Below the pieces are notes generated by a model. It saw nothing but the letters and a program-made list of their open reading frames with translations, was not told the DNA's origin and ran no database searches. Shown piece after piece: positions 55,295 through 62,404 of a stretch of 62,404 bases of DNA; position 1 is the stretch's first letter, and the number at the start of each line of letters is the position of its first letter. The stretch spans positions 1 through 62,404 of the forward strand of contig DATEKE010000237.1 of assembly GCA_035277605.1 (NCBI GenBank). Reading direction: 5' to 3'. Source of the stretch: Terriglobales bacterium (GTDB lineage: Bacteria > Acidobacteriota > Terriglobia > Terriglobales > Acidobacteriaceae). Both the position numbers and the translations under genes were made by a program.

Positions 55295-56395
55295 TCAGGA
55301 ACGAGGTCTTCGCGGTTCCGGAGCTGGGGGTGCTGTCGATTCCCTCACGACTAGCTTCGGCTCGACCAGCACTTCGCGCGACTTTTCTGCAGGTTGCTCG
55401 ATTCTCTTGATGAGCGAGCGCGCCGCAAGTTCGCCCATATTCAGCAACGGCTGGCGAATTGTGGTGAGGCGCGGAATATTGAACGCAGCTTGCTCGATAT
55501 CATCAAAGCCCACCACAGAAATATCTTCGGGCACACCGAGACCCGCATCGCGGAAAGCGCGAATCGCGCCGATGGCAGAACCGTCGTTGAACGCAATCAG
55601 ACCAGTAAATTCCTGTGACACTTCGAGTAATTCTTTCGCAGCATGGTATCCGAGATCCGACATCGTAGTGTTGTTGCATTCCGGATACTTCCCGAGCTCG
55701 CGTGTCAGTTTGGGCGCGAGAACGATATTAAGCTCGGCGGCAGCCTTCTGCAGGCTTAGCCAGCGGTCCTCCGAGTCACCGTTGCCGCGAGGGCCACGCA
55801 ATACGGCGATGCTCTTGTGCCCCAATTTGAGAAGGTGTTTCAGAGCCAAACTGGCCGCGCGCGCATTGTCAATGACGATGCTGCTTACGTCCGGCGCCTC
55901 CGTGATATCGGATACAGCAACAACAGGCACCGACAACGATCGTTTCAGAGGGGTATTAATGAAGATCATACCTTCCACACCACGATCGAGCAGCGTGTCA
56001 GGAGAGGTTTCGATAAGCTCGGGAGCGCCTCGGTGGCTCACAACGAAGTAGAAGTAGCCGCGTTTAGCCAACTCTTTTTCGATGCCGCTGATGAGCGACG
56101 CCGAAAATTCGTCACCAATGTCGGGGACGAGCACAGCGACGCAATATGTTCGCTTGCCGTGCAGATATCGAGCAAAGACGTTTGGACGATAATTAAATTC
56201 GCGAACGGCTTCCCAGATGCGGTCTTTGGTTTTCTGAGCGATCGTCGCTGCCAGAGGCGAGTCACTGATCACCACGGAGATCGTCGTTGGCGAAAGCTCA
56301 AGGTGATTGGCGAGGAATTTGAGCGTCACACGCGCGCCATTGTTGCCATTGGCGGTGCCCCGTCCATTCGCGCTACTTGCAATTCGTTTTGCCAT
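55295..56395 (-). CDS. LacI-family transcriptional regulator
   Basis: N-terminal HTH (VTLKFLANHLELSPTTISVVISDS) plus a periplasmic-binding-protein-like sugar-binding fold. Confidence 0.9.
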   Translation of the reverse strand: MAKRIASSANGRGTANGNNGARVTLKFLANHLELSPTTISVVISDSPLAATIAQKTKDRIWEAVREFNYRPNVFARYLHGKRTYCVAVLVPDIGDEFSASLISGIEKELAKRGYFYFVVSHRGAPELIETSPDTLLDRGVEGMIFINTPLKRSLSVPVVAVSDITEAPDVSSIVIDNARAASLALKHLLKLGHKSIAVLRGPRGNGDSEDRWLSLQKAAAELNIVLAPKLTRELGKYPECNNTTMSDLGYHAAKELLEVSQEFTGLIAFNDGSAIGAIRAFRDAGLGVPEDISVVGFDDIEQAAFNIPRLTTIRQPLLNMGELAARSLIKRIEQPAEKSREVLVEPKLVVRESTAPPAPEPRRPRS

Positions 56396-56511
56396 TGAGG
56401 GTTGCGTAATTTGCCGCTAATTGAGCCTTACATAGACAAACCCGCCAATCAAGCCGAAAACGGGCCTTCCCTGCCGAACGCGGCTAAGCCGGGCAATGTA
56501 GAGACACTATA

Positions 56512-56521
56512 GTAAATCGAT
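56512..56521. promoter_or_regulatory. TAAATCGATT motif upstream of the LacI gene (second copy of the 54880 core)
   Basis: Read directly. Short, so chance occurrence is possible. Confidence 0.3.
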
Positions 56522-56646
56522 TCAGTCGCGTTCACAGCGCCGTTTAGTTTCCAACAAAGTTCGTCCTCCGCCGAGTTGCTTCGGAATAGACGAGCTCCAT
56601 CCCGCAGTCAAACACAGCTTAGCCGGCCCAGACAAGATCCTCTGCT

Positions 56647-57708
56647 TCAGCTGGAATTCGCTTCACGAAACAGGTTTAGATTTGCCCGCAAGATGATACT
56701 TGGATTCAGATACTGCGTGGGATTGAATTCCCCAGCGTGCAATAGATGCTCTGCCAGCGCGCGCACTGCCAATTGGCCTTGCACATATGGTTGCTGATGG
56801 ATAGAGGCGGCAATGGCTCCGGACTGAATCGCTGGAATCATCTGGCGGAAGAGATCGGTGGCAATTACACGCACCTTGCCGACGCGACCCTCGCGCGCAA
56901 GTGCACGACAGACCGGCAGGCAGTTGACCGTGTTTACATAGATGCCGGCCAAATCCGATACTCGCCGGAGCAAAGCGCGCGTCTTGCGAAAACTTTCGAA
57001 AGGATGCTCGTGAGCTTCAACCACCTCGACCACGTCGCCACCCCTCGAGAGCTCGCGAAAGCTGGCAGCAAACCCTTCGGCTTTTTCGCGGTGGTCGATC
57101 GTGTTTAGCATTCCGGTGACGATGGCGACCTTACTGCCGTGAGGTACAAAATCGGCCATAAGCTCGCCAGCAATCAGTCCATTGAGGCGCGGCTCAACGC
57201 ACACGACTGACGAGCGTTGGCTCATCGGGGCATCGGTCGAGACGCAGACAACACGAATGCCTTGCGTTTCGGCTGCATCGATCAACGGCGTCATCGTTTG
57301 AGGATTGCCTGGCGTGAGAAGAATCCCATCGACCTTCGACCCGCGCAGCTTGCGGAAAGCGGAACGTTCTCCCTTTCCCAATTCAGGAACTGCCCCGAAG
57401 ACCAACTCGACGCCTCGTGACTCATAGCGTGCGGCTTCATCGCGGATGCCGGCCCACATCTCATCGTAGAAGTAGGCCAGCTCTTTGGGGACACACACAC
57501 CAATGCGCACGCGCTTGCCCGTCGACAAAGCGCGGGCAGCGACATTTGGTGTATATCCGATCTCTCGCGCTACTTTAAGGACTCGCTTCAGCGTGCGGGG
57601 ATTGATGCCGGCTCGCCCATGCAGCGCTCGATCCACTGTCCCGATGGAAACACCGGCGAGCTCAGCGATGAGCGGAATGCCGCTCTTCCTGCGTACTTCC
57701 CTCGGCAT
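56647..57708 (-). CDS. LacI-family transcriptional regulator (second copy)
   Basis: HTH IAELAGVSIGTVDRALHGR. Its ATG directly abuts the TAG stop of the upstream GH3 gene. Confidence 0.9.
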   Translation of the reverse strand: MPREVRRKSGIPLIAELAGVSIGTVDRALHGRAGINPRTLKRVLKVAREIGYTPNVAARALSTGKRVRIGVCVPKELAYFYDEMWAGIRDEAARYESRGVELVFGAVPELGKGERSAFRKLRGSKVDGILLTPGNPQTMTPLIDAAETQGIRVVCVSTDAPMSQRSSVVCVEPRLNGLIAGELMADFVPHGSKVAIVTGMLNTIDHREKAEGFAASFRELSRGGDVVEVVEAHEHPFESFRKTRALLRRVSDLAGIYVNTVNCLPVCRALAREGRVGKVRVIATDLFRQMIPAIQSGAIAASIHQQPYVQGQLAVRALAEHLLHAGEFNPTQYLNPSIILRANLNLFREANSS

Positions 57709-60045
57709 CTAGCGGACATCCAGCGAGACGGACGTAAGGTCGACCGAGTTTGGCCCGACCATGATTTTGAAGGCCCCCGGCTCGACGACACGCTTCATCT
57801 CGCGGTTGTAGAACTGGAGTTCTTGAGGACCAATGGAGAAGCTCACGCTGCGAGTCTCACCGGGCTTGATGCTGACGCGCTGAAAGCCCTTTAGTTCCTT
57901 AATGGGACGCGTGACCGAGCTGATCTCATCGCGAATGTAGAGCTGTACAACTTCATCTCCGGCGCGATCTCCAGTGTTGGTCACATCGACTGAAACTTTT
58001 GTCGTGCCATTCACGCGAATCGTTGCTGGTTCCAGACGCAGGTTGTTGTAGCGAAATTTGCTGTAGCTCAGCCCGTATCCGAATGGGAACAGGGGAGTCG
58101 AGTCGGAGAACAAATATGGTCGATGCGCGGAAGGCTTCTGATTGTAGAAATCCGGAAGCTGCCCAACTGAGCGCGGAACCGTAATGGGAAGCCTGCCTGC
58201 GGGATTGTAGTCGCCAAAGATCACATCTGCCATCGCCGTTCCACCTTCCTGACCCAGATACCAGCCGTCGAGAATGGCGGGAACGTGCTCGGCGATGAAG
58301 TTAATCGAGTTTGGTCGTCCATGCAGAAGCACGACGACGATGGGCTTGCCCGTGGCAAGCAGGCGGGCGACAAGCTCATCCTGCCGTCCGACGAGATCGA
58401 GACTGTCGCGATCGCCGAGATGAGTCGGCGACCAGGCTTCACGAGATGTTTGCTCGTTGTCGCCGACAACTACGATCCCAAGATTAACCTTACTGAGTAC
58501 ATCTACCGCCTCAGCCATGCGCTTCTCATCGAGCGCTGGATCGGGCGGAATTACCTTATCTTCTTCCCAAACTGGTTTGCTTTCAGTGATGCGACAGCCC
58601 TCAGCATAGAGCACTTCAACTTTGCTGCCGACCTTGTTCTTAATTCCATCGAGAATGCTGATCGCGTGCTTCGGGGTTCCGCTGTATCCCCCCAGATGCG
58701 CTTCCGCCGCATCGGGCCCAATAACGGCAATGCTCTTGAGCTTCGAGATATCCAGCGGTAGCAGATTGTTCTGATTCTTCAGCAACGCGATGGTTTCATG
58801 CGCGGCCTGAAGAGCAAGGTCTTCATCAGCCTTCGTGCCGGCGCTCTGAACTGCCTTCTGCGGATCGACAAACGGATGATCGAAAAGGCCAAGCTCGAAT
58901 TTTGAATGCAGGACGCGGGCAACAGCTTCGTCGATCAGCGACTCAGGGATTTGATGACTGCGAACCAGTGCAGGCAGGGATCGATAACATTTGGCAAACG
59001 GCAGCTCGATATCGACTCCCGCAGTAATCGCCATTTTTGCCGCTTCGTCGCAATTAGCGGCAACATGATGAATGTCGATGAGCTGATCAATGGCAAAATA
59101 GTCGGAAACGGTGAGGTATTTGTAGCCCCACTCGTTACGAAGAATGTTGCGCAGCAGCCACACATTGCTGTGGTTGGGAATGCCGTCAAGCTCGTTATAC
59201 GAGGGCATGACGGCGCGAACATTTCCTTCCTGAATGCCTGCCTCAAACGGTGGAAGAAAATACTCGCGCACCGTGCGCTCACCGTAGTCTGCCGGCCCGA
59301 CGTTTGTTCCGGCCTGCGGCTGGCTGTGCACCGCGAAATGCTTCAGCGTGGCAAAAACATGGTTGCCGTCGATCGTTGGTCCATCGCCCTGCAATCCTCG
59401 CACCGCGGCCACCCCCATGCGACCTGCAAGATATGGGTCTTCCCCATACGTCTCTTCCGTACGTCCCCAGCGGGGATCGCGGGCCACGTCGACCACCGGC
59501 ATCAGGCATTCATCGGCACCACGTGATCGTGCTTCGAACGCAACCGCGTTGAAAATGCGTTTCAGCAGAGCGTCGTCCCACGTTGCCGCAAGCCCGATCG
59601 CCTGCGGATAAGAAGTTGCACCAATAGCGACGAATCCATGCAGACACTCCTCGTGGAACATAAGCGGAATGCCGAGCCGCGAATTCTCAATCGCAATGTG
59701 CTGCAGCCGATTCGTGAACTCCGCCATCTCGGCCGGTCCTCGGCCCTCGCTTGGACGCGACACCTGGCCCAATCCGTTCTTCAGCAACTGTTTGGCTTTG
59801 GCTTCGTCGAGCACGCCTTTTTCATCGACGAAATAATCTTCGGAAGCCAAGTTCTGGCCGTGGTTTTGCCAGGTTGATTCGAGCTGCGCAACCTTCTCTT
59901 CCAGCGTCATCCGCTTCAGCAGATCTTTTACCCGAGCATCGATGGGCAGAGCCGGATTTTTGTATGGCGCCGACTGCTGGGCCAGGCACGGGAGAACGGC
60001 GATCAAGATGCTGAAAAACAGCACCGCAAAACGGCGAGGACTCAT
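57709..60045 (-). CDS. Glycoside hydrolase family 3 (beta-glucosidase/beta-xylosidase), secreted
   Basis: Signal peptide (FAVLFFSILIAVLPCLAQQ). GH3 N- and C-domains, SDY nucleophile region (YLTVSDYFAI), C-terminal fibronectin-like domain. Start moved to ATG 60045. Confidence 0.9.
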   Translation of the reverse strand: MSPRRFAVLFFSILIAVLPCLAQQSAPYKNPALPIDARVKDLLKRMTLEEKVAQLESTWQNHGQNLASEDYFVDEKGVLDEAKAKQLLKNGLGQVSRPSEGRGPAEMAEFTNRLQHIAIENSRLGIPLMFHEECLHGFVAIGATSYPQAIGLAATWDDALLKRIFNAVAFEARSRGADECLMPVVDVARDPRWGRTEETYGEDPYLAGRMGVAAVRGLQGDGPTIDGNHVFATLKHFAVHSQPQAGTNVGPADYGERTVREYFLPPFEAGIQEGNVRAVMPSYNELDGIPNHSNVWLLRNILRNEWGYKYLTVSDYFAIDQLIDIHHVAANCDEAAKMAITAGVDIELPFAKCYRSLPALVRSHQIPESLIDEAVARVLHSKFELGLFDHPFVDPQKAVQSAGTKADEDLALQAAHETIALLKNQNNLLPLDISKLKSIAVIGPDAAEAHLGGYSGTPKHAISILDGIKNKVGSKVEVLYAEGCRITESKPVWEEDKVIPPDPALDEKRMAEAVDVLSKVNLGIVVVGDNEQTSREAWSPTHLGDRDSLDLVGRQDELVARLLATGKPIVVVLLHGRPNSINFIAEHVPAILDGWYLGQEGGTAMADVIFGDYNPAGRLPITVPRSVGQLPDFYNQKPSAHRPYLFSDSTPLFPFGYGLSYSKFRYNNLRLEPATIRVNGTTKVSVDVTNTGDRAGDEVVQLYIRDEISSVTRPIKELKGFQRVSIKPGETRSVSFSIGPQELQFYNREMKRVVEPGAFKIMVGPNSVDLTSVSLDVR

Positions 60046-60100
60046 CTGGTTTTCGCTCCGGAAGAATTTGCACTCGACAGAATGGGATATCAATCTATAC

Positions 60101-60108
60101 CGTTAACG
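60101..60108. promoter_or_regulatory. Palindrome CGTTAACG in the divergent GH3/xylB promoter region
   Basis: Read directly. Only 8 bp, so weak. Confidence 0.2.
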
Positions 60109-60180
60109 TACACGATTACACTTTTTCTTATTTTGAAGTTCAGTCATAATGCCTCCGCTGCTCCCTAACAAAACCACGCA

Positions 60181-61710
60181 ATGAATTCCTCAGCCAAACT
60201 GTTGGGTATTGATGTCGGCACCGGCGGCACTCGGGCGCTGCTCATCGATGAGGCTGGAAAGGTACTGGCGTCGAAGACTGCCGAGCATCAGCCGTTCTCT
60301 TCGCCACAAACCGGATGGGCCGAACAAGAGCCGCTCGATTGGTGGAGAGCCTGCCGCGAAGCTGTTCGCGCATTGCTCTCTTCCGCGGGAGTTTCGGGCG
60401 CAAGCATCGCAGCAGTTGGGTTTTCCGGCCAGATGCACGGTGCAGTGTTGATGGATGCCGCCGGAAATGCGCTGCGTCCTTCCTTGATCTGGTGTGATCA
60501 GCGCACAGCCGAAGAAGCCCGCGAATTAACCGAGCAGATTGGCGAAACCCAGCTTATCGCCTGGACATGCAATCCTGCTCTTACAAACTTCACAGTTACC
60601 AAGCTCCTTTGGGTTCGGAAACACGAGCCTCGCGTCTTCGAAAAATTTCGCATGCTGCAGCTTCCCAAAGACTACGTGCGCTTCCGTCTCACTGGCGAAT
60701 ACGGGATGGATATGGCTGACGCATCCGGCACGCTCCTGCTCGATGTCGGCCATCGTCGCTGGTCGGCAGAGATGGCGAAAGCCGCGCGGATCGATGACTC
60801 TGCCCTGCCGCCGTTATTTGAATCGTGTCAGGTATGCGGAAGGGTTTCGCAGGAAGGCGCCGACGCAACCGGCCTTGCGATTGGAACGCCAGTTGTCGCA
60901 GGAGCGGGAGATCAAGCTGCAGGCGCAGTAGGACTAGGCGTAGTCGCGCCCGGCGCGGTGCACGCGACCATTGGGACATCCGGCGTCGTGTTCGCCTCCA
61001 CCGATCGTCCTGCGATGGATCCTCTTGGACGACTCCACACCTTCTGCCACGCCGTTCCTAATCGCTGGCACGTGATGGGGGTGACCCAGGCAGCAGGACT
61101 CTCGCTGCGCTGGTTCCGAGATCAATTTGGAGCAGCATCGACAAGCGGCGACGATCCATATGACGCGCTCACGAAGGAAGCTGCGTCAGTCCCGCCTGGC
61201 TCCGATGGCGTCATGTGGGCGCCGTATCTCATGGGAGAACGCACGCCGCATGTAGATCCCGATGCTCGCGCAGCTCTCATCGGATTAGCGGCGAACCACC
61301 GTCGCGCGCACGTAGTCCGCGCCATCCTCGAAGGCGTAACATTTAGCCTCCGCGATTCGTTTTCGATTTTTGAAGAGATGAAAGTGCCGGTGAACAACAT
61401 TCGCCTGGGCGGAGGCGGCGCGCGTTCGCCGCTCTGGCGTCAGATTCAGGCCGACGTTTATGCTCATCCGGTCGAGATCGTCGCTGCAGAAGAAGGAGCA
61501 GCCTATGGAGCCGCCCTACTGGCCGGAGTCGGCGCCGGTGTTTGGAAGACAGTGGATGATGCGTGTCGTCAAGCTGTGCGCGTAGCCTCGACGGTTGAAC
61601 CGATTCGGGAATCGTCCGGCCTTATGCAACAACAATATATAAAGTACCGTCGCATTTACCCTGCGCTGCGGTCCATGCGCGAAGAATCATCCGCATCTCA
61701 TACTGCCTAA
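60181..61710 (+). CDS. xylB: Xylulokinase (FGGY family)
   Basis: [15 protein letters not shown]-terminal motif and GGGARS C-terminal motif. Directly followed by xylA. Confidence 0.9.
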   Translation: MNSSAKLLGIDVGTGGTRALLIDEAGKVLASKTAEHQPFSSPQTGWAEQEPLDWWRACREAVRALLSSAGVSGASIAAVGFSGQMHGAVLMDAAGNALRPSLIWCDQRTAEEARELTEQIGETQLIAWTCNPALTNFTVTKLLWVRKHEPRVFEKFRMLQLPKDYVRFRLTGEYGMDMADASGTLLLDVGHRRWSAEMAKAARIDDSALPPLFESCQVCGRVSQEGADATGLAIGTPVVAGAGDQAAGAVGLGVVAPGAVHATIGTSGVVFASTDRPAMDPLGRLHTFCHAVPNRWHVMGVTQAAGLSLRWFRDQFGAASTSGDDPYDALTKEAASVPPGSDGVMWAPYLMGERTPHVDPDARAALIGLAANHRRAHVVRAILEGVTFSLRDSFSIFEEMKVPVNNIRLGGGGARSPLWRQIQADVYAHPVEIVAAEEGAAYGAALLAGVGAGVWKTVDDACRQAVRVASTVEPIRESSGLMQQQYIKYRRIYPALRSMREESSASHTA

Positions 61711-61724
61711 TACCTGGAGGATTC

Positions 61725-62404
61725 ATGCCGAGCGGCTCGTACGATCCAAAGCCGGAACACAAATTTTCGTTTGGACTGTGGACTGTAGGAAATCGCGGGC
61801 GCGATCCGTTCGGCGAGGCTGTTCGTCCAACGATTCCCCCGAATGACATCGTTGCACTCTTAGCCGAAGTCGGCGCCTGGGGAGTGAACCTCCACGACAA
61901 TGATCTTGTACCAATTGACACTACGCCGGCCGAGCGCGACCGCATCGTTCGTGAATTCAAGAAAGCCTGCAAAGAGCACGGCATCGTCGTGCCCATGGCT
62001 ACCGTAAATCTGTTTTTCGATCCTGTCTTCCGTGACGGCGCATTTACTGCCAACGATCGAGAAGTGCGTACGTATGCAGTACAGAAGACCATGCGCGCCA
62101 TGGACCTGGGCGCGGAACTCGGTGCAAAGATCTTCGTGCTTTGGGGAGGACGTGAAGGAACGGAAACCGATGCCTGCCGTCGTCCCGATCACGCGCTCAA
62201 GAACCTGCGCGAGTCGATCAACTACCTCTGCGAGTACAACATCGACAGGAAGTACGGATACAAGTTCGCGCTCGAAGCTAAACCGAACGAGCCACGCGGC
62301 GATATCTACATGCCGACTACGGCCGCCTATCTCGGCCTGATTCCCACCTTGGCTCATTCCGACATGGTTGGGGTAAATCCCGAAGTGGCACACGAGCACA
62401 TGGC
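61725..62404 (+). CDS. xylA: Xylose isomerase, class I (actinobacterial type), 3'-truncated by the window edge
   Basis: Own translation from ATG 61725 (GGAGG 5 nt upstream): [30 protein letters not shown]...[13 protein letters not shown]...[11 protein letters not shown]. Confidence 0.9.
   Translation, partial: MPSGSYDPKPEHKFSFGLWTVGNRGRDPFGEAVRPTIPPNDIVALLAEVGAWGVNLHDNDLVPIDTTPAERDRIVREFKKACKEHGIVVPMATVNLFFDPVFRDGAFTANDREVRTYAVQKTMRAMDLGAELGAKIFVLWGGREGTETDACRRPDHALKNLRESINYLCEYNIDRKYGYKFALEAKPNEPRGDIYMPTTAAYLGLIPTLAHSDMVGVNPEVAHEHM

Noticed and set aside
1-62404. Search for CRISPR arrays, IS elements, integrases, prophage, toxin-antitoxin or known defence genes
   Set aside because: No spaced direct repeats, terminal inverted repeats, transposase/integrase/recombinase-like ORFs or nuclease/ATPase defence signatures were seen. 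The window reads as core metabolism, signalling and envelope functions.

Overview
Densely coding, moderately GC-rich chromosomal segment. GC content was judged by eye, not computed. The gene content suggests a Terriglobia-type Acidobacteriota genome, though this is inference only. The supporting genes are a 1150-aa TonB-dependent receptor with a CarboxypepD_reg-type N-terminus, a secreted 'VWFA-related' protein, many PAS/GAF sensor kinases and several PilZ proteins. I call 58 protein-coding genes, two of them truncated by the window edges. The main groups are: a MacAB-like efflux pump plus an OmpR/HK pair; a two-subunit molybdenum hydroxylase with queC; cutC; an hfq-like gene with suhB; a fused moaD-moaE; a hybrid kinase plus a REC-PP2C phosphatase; a ChlI-like AAA+/VWA pair; a PilZ-GAF-TonB_C fusion; OmpA/BON envelope genes; a TetR-HlyD-ABC-2 exporter; and a xyloside/xylose locus (TBDR, two LacI, GH3, xylB, xylA). 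I saw no rRNA, tRNA, CRISPR array, transposase, integrase or phage gene, so this looks like core chromosome rather than a mobile or defence island. The two best candidates for an undescribed system are the orphan AAA+ ATPase + MIDAS-VWA pair with an upstream Lon-N domain gene (27185-30656) and the PilZ-GAF-TM-TonB_C fusion (37183-39060). The window holds three PilZ receptors with intact c-di-GMP motifs but no cyclase or phosphodiesterase. Family assignments come from motifs read in the supplied or self-made translations and from memory of the families; no searches were run. Regulatory sites are dyads or repeats seen by eye and are low confidence.
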